A DNA stretch of 34,672 bases from Callorhinchus milii (lineage: Eukaryota): the NCBI RefSeq assembly GCF_018977255.1, contig NW_024705558.1, forward strand, positions 1 through 34,672, given 5' to 3'. How positions within the stretch are numbered: the first letter of the stretch is position 1; each line of letters starts with the position of its first letter. The notes below the pieces were generated by a model. The model was not told the DNA's origin. It ran no database searches and saw nothing but the letters and a program-made list of their open reading frames with translations. Made by a program: the position numbers and the translations under genes. Below are positions 12,363 through 22,784 of this stretch, piece by piece.

Positions 12363-12659
12363 TTCAGTCTGACATAATTGACAGCTATTGCATGTGAGGC
12401 ACTATGAGAAGTTTCTATATTATAGGCATTGGATCAAAGATCGAAATAAATTCAAAGGGCAGGGTTAGACAACTCAACACGACTGAATGAAACGAATCAT
12501 TCCACATTCCTACTCATATGCAAAGTTCCTGGATTAACAATGAGCCAAGGTTTAACAAAACGGGTCCCTCAGCTTGTGGTTAATGAATACTCGGGCTTTG
12601 CCTCGCTCATTTTGCTCTCAATCACTCTCAGTCCGTTCGGTCACTCACACAAATTCTCC

Positions 12660-12790
12660 CCGCCTTCTCTCCCACACACTCTCTCTCCCCCCTCTCCCCG
12701 GTACACACATTCTCTCTCTCTCTCTCTCAATTACTCTCTCTCACTCCCTCTTTCTTCCACACACATACACTCTCTCCCCCGTGCTCTGTC
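12660..12790. repeat. CT/CA-rich low-complexity tract
   Basis: (CT)n and (CA)n runs. Confidence 0.8.
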
Positions 12791-13084
12791 AATCATCTGA
12801 CATCCTGTTGACAGCGACAGGACTCAACGGTTTGGAGGATGTAGTTGGTAAGCAGTGCCATTTGCTTTCCCCTCAGTTCAGACACACACTGCAATAATGG
12901 CCAGCATTAATTCCCCATGATGCGTCCTTCCAACCGCCAGCTCCTGTCGCTGCCACAGGGATGTTCAATCGGAGAGGGAGGGAACAGGTGGCCCAAAGTT
13001 GGAAATGGTCTTGAACTGGATGAAATTATCTGCCAGGCCAGTTGCAACAAACGTGTTATCACTCCCAAGCATCTTCCCCCCACT

Positions 13085-13137
13085 CCCCAACACACACAGA
13101 ATAAAAGTAGCATCAGGTTTTGAAAATAACATTTATT
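13085..13137 (-). terminator. Probable distal poly(A) site of the MCL1-like gene
   Basis: AATAAA on the minus strand at 13137-13132, followed about 25-45 nt downstream by U/GU-rich TTTTATTCTGTGTGTGTTGGGG. Gives a 3' UTR of about 1.3 kb. Confidence 0.6.
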
Positions 13138-13581
13138 TCTGTGACACTGCTGGCTGACATCTGGCAGTAGGTACTGCTTAATATCCAAAGGTGCAGGTAA
13201 CTGTGGCAAAAATATAGATGTAAATTTGCTTATTCTTTTTTTAAATCCAACGAGCACCTTTGGCCTCAAAAGCTCAAAATCACCAACCCCAGAGCTTGCT
13301 GGGTAGAAAGAATGCACACCCCTTATAGCTATGTTACACTTCAATGTCAAACTACCATGCCTTCAGAGAATGCCAAGCTTTATAAGAGCTCTACCTGGCT
13401 ACTATTAATAAACTGGACTCAGCAGGACTGGGGTTGGACACAAAATGAGTGCCATTCCAAGTATTCAGTTACATTAGATTAGGAGCTGATGAGGATTAAC
13501 TACCACAGGGAATGAACAGGGTGGGGGGGAAAAGACAAAAACTGGTTCTCAATAGCTGGCATAACCCATAAAATAAAATAA

Positions 13582-13665
13582 ATTCACTTTAAATTATATT
13601 CTGCAAAGCGTTTTGAGGAGTCTCGAAGATGCGATTATTATATAAGTGCAAGGATTATTATTGTT
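13582..13665 (+). mobile_element. Decayed SINE 3' tail inside the putative 3' UTR (antisense to the gene)
   Basis: attcactttaa...aagcgttttgaggagtctc...tataagtgcaaggattattatt. Confidence 0.65.
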
Positions 13666-14346
13666 ATAAATAATGTGCTCATTTAAAAGATGCAATCTTT
13701 CCCGAGTTAACTAAACAACAGCAGGACCAAAACAATTCTGACCAATTCTTTTACACCAAATTACTAATTTCATTTTGGTTAATCTCAATCATACTAACAG
13801 TCCCCAAATGTGTATGATTCAAGGTGGTGGACACCGAGCATAAAATAGTTCAGAAATGCAGGCAAAATGTATGCTCCCACCACCCCCCCATCTGGTAATT
13901 TAATCATGCATTTGTATCCACTTTACAATTTACTTCAACTCTTTTCCTTTCAGAATACTTCCCCATGAAAGGCAGCGTTGAGGGCAGACAACACTGGAGA
14001 AGTGTCAATCCTGTTCATAGCAGCAAAAGACCAATATGACCTAATGTGTACTCATGGTTACCTCTCAGTCAGATCAGGCTCTGAAACCACTAAAATCTTT
14101 GTATCTAGGACAGCAAGTGCAGTATATCCCCAGCTTAGCAATGACTGGACTATCACTCTCAATCAGCTTTTGCCAAGATCATATCCATTGTGTCAAAGAC
14201 TCAGAACTTCTATCCTGCTCCAAATTGTAAGGAGAGCCCTACATTACCGTAGCTGTGTCCCCATTCTTCAATTCTTCCATCGGCAAGAGCTCCCAGAAAC
14301 TGCTCCAACTGAATGCGACTGAACATGGTTAGTGGAGGAAAAGTCT

Positions 14347-14352
14347 TTTATT
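14347..14352 (-). terminator. Possible proximal poly(A) signal
   Basis: AATAAA on the minus strand about 60 nt after the stop codon. Confidence 0.35.
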
Positions 14353-14412
14353 TAAGGGGTAAAACACAACTGGCCTGGACTACTTAGTTCTTTTGAGATT
14401 CAATACCTTGGT

Positions 14413-14529
14413 TCATCTCAACCAGTGCAGAAGGCCTGCCCCAGCCAAACCAACACTTGCAACCATCATCAGTACTTTCTTTGTAGAATCCTCTATGTCA
14501 TCCTCTTCAAAAAACTCCGTGAAACCATC
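14413..14529 (-). CDS. mcl1: MCL1-like Bcl-2 family protein, exon 3 (end of BH2 plus C-terminal membrane anchor)
   Basis: Acceptor ttcttttctgtatAG (14531-14530). Encodes DGFTEFFEEDDIEDSTKKVLMMVASVGLAGAGLLHWLR-stop (38 aa, the same length as human MCL1 DGFVEFF...AGLAYLIR). Absent from the ORF track. Confidence 0.93.
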   Translation of the reverse strand, partial: DGFTEFFEEDDIEDSTKKVLMMVASVGLAGAGLLHWLR

Positions 14530-15027
14530 CTATACAGAAAAGAACCACATTCAGAACTGCAAACAATTCAATGTATTCCAGCAAACACTTCCAGGTAAAG
14601 AGGCAAGGGAGGGAGTGAAGCAAAGGGCCTGCAGGATGGGAGGAAAGAGTTTGGACACAATTGAAACCATGACCTTATAAGCTGAAGCACATTCGCAGCT
14701 GGTTATATTTAATACACTGCAAGCTTAAAATCACACAACTTGCAGATTAAAATAAAAATCCTCTTCCGCCTCAAAGAACTAATCATGGGATGTTCCAAGG
14801 GTACGGTAGCACACTTTCCATTAGTTATCTGCATCGCCAATCGGTACATGGCCATTTCGGCTGGGGAGGACTACGAGTGAGAAATCACACCAGGGACTAA
14901 ACTTTGTGAACTCTGTCCAGATACAAGCACTTTCTAGCAGCAGACAGCACAGCCAGGGTGAATTTTCTTTGGGCCCAATTAGCACTGAGACCAACTAAAG
15001 TTTGACTGCCTTGGCTGAGATGATCAA

Positions 15028-15680
15028 ATACAACAACAAAATTACATTTGTGTAGCACATTTCACATTGGGAGGACATCCCAAGGTCCTGAACAATCAGT
15101 GTTTCCCAGACCCAATCTAGGGGTCAGGATCGGGGAGGGTGGAGGCCAGGGAGGGTAGGGGCAGGAGGGTGACTGAAGGAGCAGTTGAAGCAGAGGGTAT
15201 TGAGATGGGTCTTGAAGGAAGAAAGGGATGGGGCGAGGCAGAGAGACTACAGGATGGAGTTCCAGAGGGTAGGGGCAGAGTGGCTGAAGGTGGGCATGGT
15301 GGGGAACACAAGAGGAAAACGTTGGGGTTAGGAGGTTACAGGGGTAGCAAGGAAAAGGCCATGAAGGGCTTTGAGAGTGAGGACTAGGATCTTGAACTAT
15401 ATCCTCTGTGTGATGGGAAGCCAGTGTCAGGCGAGGATGGGGATGATAGCGTCACGGAGCAGAAGAGGACACAGAATGATCTGCAGCCTGTAGAGGGAGG
15501 AATTGGGGAGACCGCCAAGCAGGAAGTTTGCCTAATCGAGCAAGATGTTATGAATGTGTGCATGAGGGTTTCAGCAGACTGCAGTGTGTGATAGTGGTGG
15601 AGGTGGGGAAAAGTGGTGAGGACATGGATGTGGGGTATGAAGGACAGTTGAGTGTCAAACAGGAGGCAGAGGTTCCGACA
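15028..15680 (-). mobile_element. Old L2 3' fragment in intron 2
   Basis: caacaacaaaattacatttg...gggaggacatcccaagg tail and L2-collinear body. Confidence 0.85.
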
Positions 15681-16316
15681 AGGGAGAAACCCCTCTGTGT
15701 GTCAATCAGGAGCATATTCTACTGATGATACGCATACATCATTTTCTGGTTCAGTCATTGCCCAAACTGAATTGCAATAAAGGAATGGCATTTATTGAGT
15801 AGGTGGAGGCTGTTAATTTTTAAACTGTATTGGGAAATTGTAATGATGGCAGCCTTTATTTCCTGATTTGTCATGTTAATGACACTGATGGTGCATTGAT
15901 CAAAACAGGAAACAGAAAAGATATTGGTCTCATAACACACAGAACAAAAATTAAAATGGGGTACTTTGTCCATGGCATCATTAAAACTAGAGTGGTCCAA
16001 CCCTTTGTCTGCTGAGAGACCAATGGCCTGTTTTGAGAAAAGTCTGTGAGATAAAATAAGCAATATTTTTGTGTTTCCCTTTCAGAAACAACACAGCACC
16101 TATACAAAGTTCTTGATACTGCCAGTTGGGCACCTGAGCTGGGATTCAGAGCTAAGGGAGATGGAAAAGCAAATATGCAGTCAAAAGATTTAGGTTTTGA
16201 TATGCCTTGGAAGAGGGGAGGGAGTCGGAGGGATTCCAAGAATGGAACTCCAGACAACAGGGAGCGAGGGAGGTTCTGATCATCAGTCATAAGAGTGAAC
16301 CACAAAATACTGCCTT

Positions 16317-16490
16317 CACTTCTCCTCTCTCTCTCGCTGTTTCTCTCTCTCCCCCCTCTCCCTCAATCACTTTCTCTCTCAATCAAACGCTCCCCCTCTC
16401 TGTCATTCATTCACCTACTCTCCCCCTCTTTCTCTGAATTTTCTTCCATCTTTCACTCAATCCATCTCTCTTACACTCTTTCTCTCCTTT
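16317..16490. repeat. CT-rich low-complexity tract in intron 2
   Basis: Polypyrimidine runs on the plus strand. Confidence 0.75.
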
Positions 16491-17714
16491 TTTTGGTCAG
16501 CTGGGTGTCTGACACACACAAAAATTTGTCGCCATGCTTAAGAGTCTCCAAACCAGGCTGAAAGTTCCCCACATCCCAACTACACATGGAAATCCCACAG
16601 ATAAATTGTTGGACTAGAATATGCACTCTCTTCCTGGAGGGATGCATCCTGCTTACCTAAATTTCGGAAAGTACTAGCGTTACAGTTAGGGTTAGCACAG
16701 CCAAGGTCTTGGGGTTCCCAGAGTGTGCGTTGGGGTATCTGCTGGAGTCTAACCAGCTAAAACTGCATAGCTTGTGATTGATATTGCAGTTTTACTGCTG
16801 TTTGTCCAGCTAGGACCACCTGTTAGGGCTTTGGGTTTAACAGGTGCTGAATGGGAGGATTCCTGACCCCTGTGACTGGTCTGCCCTTCCAAGTCCTGTC
16901 AATGAGCCAGGCTGGGCTGTGCTGTCATCAGCAGTGCCCTGGAATACTATGGATCTGCCTATCTCTCTCACTTATCACATTCTCTTTCCCCGCTCTATTG
17001 TCTCTCAATCACTCACAGCCTTCAGCACTTACTATCTGCTGCAGTGTGTTAGGATGTACCTCTCAAGCTGAGGGTAAGGTAAACTGTGTTTTTACCAACC
17101 TGCAGTTCCTGCCGCTGCCATGAGGAGATGGTAAGAAAGGGAGCGGGAAATTATTCGCAGGCCAGATGAAAACATTCACCGGGCTGGATGCGGCCCACCA
17201 GGTGGATCACTCTGATGTATATCAACCCAGGGAAATCTCAATTAACACTGGACTGCTAATCATCTTCAAGCGACACAGGAAGAGAACATTAGCCTGTGGC
17301 TTAATAGGCAGGATTCAATGCTGTCCATGAAGGGAAGCCACTAGGGCATGACGCTACCCAAATTTAGTTGCTTCCACCTGTTAAGTGTTTAGCTGGGCCC
17401 AAAGCATCCCACTCCAGCATGATCAGCACCTTCAGAGGGAAATTTATTAGAATTATTACAATAGAAACTATTGGGTTTGGGCATTTCAAGGAAGGACACA
17501 TTCACCTTGGAGAGCTTAATGTCAGCCTGGATTCATAATTGAGAGATTCAAGAGGGAGATGTATAAATCTTAAGAAAGTAGAAATGACTTAAACGATTCG
17601 AATCAGAGATATGTGAAACTTCCTGTGACAAAAGATCTTCTTGTTAAATCCTTCCGAATATTTCTAAGTGCACTGATTTTCTTGATCAAAGGGTTTTCCA
17701 AAAGACCTCCTTAC

Positions 17715-17962
17715 CCAACCGTTGTGTTTCTGAAGCCACTCTCTTTTCTGTTGAGTCAAGTACTGTGTGATTTCTTCAGCCATCAAATCGATTAAGTCAT
17801 CCAGCTGAAGTTTTGCCAGGTGCTCTCCCATGACTGCTCCAAAGGCGATGAAGCTGACCACCCTGCCCCAATTCATTTCACCATCACTGAACATTTCAGT
17901 ACCAACCTTCTTGATGGCATTTAGATCTCTCTTGCCTGAGATGTTTAAGTGATTCACTATTC
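17715..17962 (-). CDS. mcl1: MCL1-like protein, exon 2 (BH1 and BH2), 248 bp
   Basis: Acceptor ccattttctcaatAG (17964-17963) and donor GTAAGG (17714-17709). Encodes (G)IVNHLNISGKRDLNAIKKVGTEMFSDGEMNWGRVVSFIAFGAVMGEHL...KREWLQKHNGW. Phases 1/0 and length match MCL1 exon 2. Confidence 0.96.
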
Positions 17963-18397
17963 CTATTGAGAAAATGGACATTGTGACCAACAAATCTGGG
18001 AAACCAGCACATATATAAAGACATTTTCCCAAACCTGCACTCTAGATTGAAGGCTTCAATTCAGCGTATTGCTTGAAGTCTCGACTGAAGGGTTCTTTCA
18101 TTATTTAACAACTGCTTTTATAGATATGCAGACAGTACATATAATATGAACCACTTTGAAAGGAAATTGTTCAGGTGCATACAGAAAACCTGAGGCATCT
18201 GCTGAGTCCCTTTGGTTCTGAATGAACCAGGTCCCATACAATGTTGGAGCAGAAAATAATCGTAGTGTACCAATCTAAATTGTTTACGCAACTAGCATAA
18301 CTAAGAATCTACATTGAGGATCACTTCTAGTCTTAGCATTCCTGACAGGTGATTGATCAATGACACTACTCTCTATCCAACCATCACAGATCAAAAT

Positions 18398-18450
18398 TGA
18401 GACGTCTTAACGATGTGATAAGACGCTTTATCAAATGCAAGTATTATTCT
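18398..18450 (+). mobile_element. Short SINE 3' tail remnant in intron 1
   Basis: tgagacgtc...gatgtgataagacgctttatcaaatgcaagtattatt. Confidence 0.6.
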
Positions 18451-19442
18451 TAAATTCACACTCCCTTTACACATCCTAACAATGCATGTTGAACTCCAGG
18501 GTAATATCCTACATCAATACAAACCCACATCCTGCCAAAGGGATTCCATGCTTAACCAAATAAAAACTTCATAAGGCAGTTCTAAAAAGCCCTTTTGTAG
18601 TTGTGAGCTATTCACTGCAGGGATTATTGACACCAAACCATTTTTTGACCACAAACAAGTCAATTAAGGAAAATAGATACTGAAACAATTTTGTTTCTTA
18701 CTGTGGCTGGTATTGCTAATGCCTACTCCTGCAACCACAACAGAAACAGTCCTCATTCCTCACCTTTCCATTTAAATTCCCACCTCAATGATATAGGCTA
18801 CTATTTGTTTCGGAAAGGTCCATTGAGCTGCAGGCCATGTTTCCTAAGATATTTTCTCCCACTCGAAAGGACAGAAAGGGAAGCCATGGTAAAACACAAA
18901 GAGCAATGCATCAACCAGTTCCAAGAACTCTCACTTGCAGAACAGTCGGCAATGTCAGCTGTTTATGATTTTAAATACTATCTTTTACTACATCACTTCC
19001 CTGTCAAATCTGCTTAAAACCCATTGGGAATCCAAACAACCTTCAATGCTATGAAATCTGATGCCTGGTCTGCGATTTTCTGCACAGGAAATGGATTTAA
19101 GCATTTAAAAGAAATTGACCTTTCAGTTAGTGCTGCAACAGTGCCAACACAAAACTTATCTTAAACTGCCAGTGTTTGCACCACACCCTCCTAAAATGTC
19201 AAGACCAAAAGATAAAGTGAGGGCAAGGTTAACCTGACCATATAAATTTAGTTATAAATTGCCATAAACTGGATTTGTGCACCAGTCAATCTACTCTGTA
19301 ATGCAAGCCATTGTTTTATCAAATGGGGATTTCTGAAACTCACTGAGAAAGCTTAGAATGCAAATTCATTTCAGAAAACTTAAGTTACGTTATAGTTGAA
19401 AACTACGCCATCTCATCAGCCTAACCAGTAATTCGATGACTG

Positions 19443-19660
19443 TAATAATAATAATAATCCTTGCATTTGATAAAGCGCTTTTCACGTCGGGAGGACGTCC
19501 CAAAGCGCTTCACAGAACACACTGTAAAGTGAATTGACTGTATATTTGTGGGCGAACGCGGCAGCCAATTGCGCACAGTAATGTCCCATAAACAGTCGTA
19601 GATTGAAAATGACCAAATTATTATTGTTTTGTTATTTTGGAGGGATTATTATTATTATTA
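19443..19660 (-). mobile_element. 5'-truncated young SINE in intron 1
   Basis: Near-identical to 25238-25445; ends at the internal (AAT)n linker. Confidence 0.93.
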
Positions 19661-21183
19661 ATGCAATAGCTAAAGAGATTTCAGTATAGTCCTCCTTCTT
19701 CAACAGCATCACAAGAAATGACAGTAATTGTTGCCCGTCTCACCAGATGTATTCCTTCCCAGAATTCAAACTAACCACTGATTTCTTCTTCCGCCTTATA
19801 TAATGAGATTTGAATTTGAGAACAGTCCAATTCCATTGCACCACTAATTTCACAAACCTACACCAAATAACAAATAATGTGTCCCTAAAGTGCTGGCTAT
19901 GTATTTTCATACACAGGTTCACTGACCTGTTCAACGATTTCTATCAAAAATCTCTCTGTCAACTTCCATGTAGTTATTTTCATATATCTTGAAAGCCCAT
20001 GAAGAAGAGGAAATTTTGCAAATGCCACTTCATAAAGGACAGTAGCTCACAAACTAATACGGAAGTGGGAAATGTACTTTGTTCTAGGAATAGAAAACCA
20101 ATACAGAAATAGAGTGGAATCCACTTTAGCTAGACACATCCGAGCAGGAAGATTTGTCTGATTTACCTGATGTCCGGCATCCAAAGTTCTTATCTTTCTA
20201 TTCTCTTCCTGCTCTCTGCTCAATGCCTCTCCCCTGCCATTAATGTTCCCGTTGGATGGGAAGAGGACCAATTAGCGGTGGCTATGGTCAATCACCTTGG
20301 AGTCGCCATTAATTGGTCCACAATGCAATCACTGCCCCCGAGAGCCGCTTGTGAATGGATGGTGTCCACTGTGTCAATCCATCGTGATTTAACTCCTCCC
20401 ATTATCTACCTTGATTCTTCCCACTTCCTCCGTCCCATCACTGAATGACAGTCCAACTCCAGCCGCTTATGAATGTCTAGAGTCCCCTGTCAATCACAAT
20501 GTGAATCCTCTCATCTCCACCCTGTAGTCACTCATGGTTGAATGGACCCACTCCAGACACAGAATGCCTCAGTGAGCAGATGCAGTGCAGGCCAGCAAGG
20601 CATTTTTGTCCAAATTAACTGGCATATTTTAAACAGGTAAGTATACAAATGAATCGAGGTCGGGCATTTCATCTGACTTAAATTTAGTGTTAACCAGCTC
20701 CAATTGGAGCAGATTCCACTGTAAATGCACAGTGAGTTCACAAACAAGTTAACCGTTCCCAGGGACAGACCTTCTTCCTACTATGAAAGGGTGGAACTTT
20801 CCAGAATTCGAATTACATAGCAACCAATATGGAGTTTAACTTTGCAACGATAAGGGCTTGTCTGGATAAATATATCGGGGAAATAACATTTTAAAATCTA
20901 CCCGCACCCCTCCCCCAATTACACTTCAAACTCCCCACCTGAAGAAAGTCAGTAAATGTTCTGGAAAACTGAAACACTCTAATAAAGATCAACCCTATCA
21001 AACATTTATTATCAGTCAGCTGCAAACAAACAGGTAAGGATTTTTAAGCAAGCATAGTCACACAAAGAAATTATCATATTTGGAACTTAAAAATCACCCT
21101 GGTTACAGCTGCCCTATTAAGAGTGGAAAGGGCTCCAACTTTAGCTAATAAAGCTAAAGGGTGACCGCTTACTCTCCTCTTTT

Positions 21184-21560
21184 GAAAAGAGGAGGGTAAG
21201 GGGTGACCTGATAGAGGTCTTTAAAATGATGAAAGGTTTCGATAGGGTCAACATAGGAAAGATGTTTCCACTTGTGGGGCCATCAATATAAAATAGTCAC
21301 CAATAGATTAAATAGGGAAGTTAGAAGAAATGTCTTCACGCAGAGTAGTGGGAATGTGGAACATGCTCCACAAGGAGCTGTTGAGGCAAATGACATAGAT
21401 ATATTTAAAGGAAAGCGAGAGAAGTACATGAGGGAGAAAGCAATAGAAGGTTAGGCTTGAAAGCTTAGTTGAGGAAGGGCAGGAGGAGGCTCGTGTGGAG
21501 CATAAACACTGGCGTAGACCAGTTGGGCCAAATGGCCTGTTTCTGTGCTATATTCTAATG
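21184..21560 (+). mobile_element. Old CR1 3' end fragment in intron 1
   Basis: aggggtgacctgatagaggtctttaaaatgatgaaagg (RGDLIEVFKMMKG) and a 3' end ttgggccaaatggcctgtttctgtgct. Confidence 0.85.
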
Positions 21561-21819
21561 TACTCTAATAAAGCCTTTTAAAAAAAATGTTTTGTGGGTT
21601 TGGACTAACCGGGGTAAGTCACTGGTAAGGGGAGTCTTGGCCAGGGAAGAAATGGTGAAATCTTACGGCCTTAAACTTTTATGCGGGGGAAGGAATGGGT
21701 CATGTTTACCAGAAGGACGAGAGGAAAGCCCAATCAAATATTTAACCAGAAAGGGGAAGGTGAAACTGAAACCATAGTTTCTTCTGGGTTTAATGTATTT
21801 AAAACATTTAATATTAGGG

Positions 21820-22205
21820 ACACGGGCCCGGCACAGACCGCGCGCTCACCTGTGAACACGGCGCGGTGCTTGTCGATGACCTTGCGGCCCATGCTCTTGA
21901 GCGTGCCCGCGGCGCGGTCCTTGCCGGCCAGCCAGCCCAGGCCCGAGCTCGGCGGGTCCGAGCCCAGAGCGAACTCGCGGACGAAGCCGCGCACCAGGCG
22001 GCTGGTGCTGAGGTACAGCGGGTCGGCGGCGGGCGGGAAGCGGGGGCACGAGTGGTCGTCGTCCTGGTCGGGGCTCTGGGGGAGAGAGCTGCCGGCGCCG
22101 GGGCTCTTGCGAGGCAGCGACTGGCAGCAGAGGTTGCCGTGCAGCTGCACGATGCTGCTGACGGAGCTGCGGGCGAGCGCGAAGGCTGTTTGCTCGAGAG
22201 CGGCC
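21820..22205. promoter_or_regulatory. CpG-island-like GC-rich segment over exon 1
   Basis: Abrupt, dense CpG/GC content compared with AT-rich flanks. Confidence 0.8.
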
Positions 22206-22207
22206 AT
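21850..22207 (-). CDS. mcl1: MCL1-like protein, exon 1 (short N-terminus, phosphodegron, helix 1, BH3 region)
   Basis: Strong Kozak AAAATGG with an in-frame upstream TAA (22243-22241). 358 nt = 119 codons plus 1 base; donor G|GTGAGC (21849). GSSLPQSP, DPLYLSTSRLVRGFVRE and TLKSMGRKVIDKHRAVFTG align by eye with MCL1 GSLPSTP, DELYRQSLEIISRYLRE and TLRRVGDGVQRNHETAFQG. Orthologue versus paralogue is unresolved. Confidence 0.92.
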
Positions 22208-22274
22208 TTTGACTGACTGACTGACTACAATTGAATATTGTTAAAATGGAGCCGCAATAGTTGCCTCACACTCA

Positions 22275-22323
22275 TTTTATACCCTTCATTACGCAAGCTC
22301 AGAAGGGTCATCACATACGTCAT
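22275..22323 (-). promoter_or_regulatory. Core promoter candidate: TATA box, C/EBP-like and CRE/ATF-like sites
   Basis: Minus strand: TGACGTA (22322-22316), TTGCGTAA (22296-22289) and TATAAAA (22281-22275), the last about 70 nt upstream of the ATG. Confidence 0.65.
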
Positions 22324-22464
22324 TACTGTATAAAAGATAGCAAATACAATAAATTACAATAACAAAATACGATCTACAAAACACACATCTGGAGAATATG
22401 ATGATAATTGTATGGATTAGTAACTGTGCACAAAGAAGATGAGACTGGCAGCAAATGCGATAAC

Positions 22465-22783
22465 ACCCATATCATTCACATCCTCAGATCCATATATCTA
22501 ACCCCATATCCATCTCCCTAAATGTCCTGATCCCTTCACTCTCACAGTCATATCCCTCACTTCACCCTCATATCCACATCCAGTTGACGGATATGAAAGT
22601 GGGAGGGTGAACAACATGGATGTGTAGAAGAGTATGGTTGGCGAGGAATATTGATGTGGGCTCTGAGGAATATAAATATGAGAAGGTGAAGTATATGGAT
22701 GTTGCATAAGGGATACAGAAATGAGGGGCTAAGGATATGGACATGGGGATGAGGAACATAGATGTGAGATAAGGGATATGGAC
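22465..22783. repeat. Degenerate CCATATCCCTCAC-type minisatellite that switches orientation near 22585
   Basis: ccatatc/cctcac motifs at 22465-22582, then their reverse complements gatatgg/gtgag at 22588-22783. Confidence 0.65.
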
Positions 22784-22784
22784 A

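Noticed and set aside
17963..18032. N-terminal part of the 122-aa ORF as a standalone single-exon Bcl-2 gene
   Set aside because: Homology starts at the AG acceptor at 17963; the upstream residues and those after NGW are intronic read-through.
21681..22220. Plus-strand ORFs of 179 and 116 aa overlapping exon 1
   Set aside because: Antisense shadows of a GC-rich exon.
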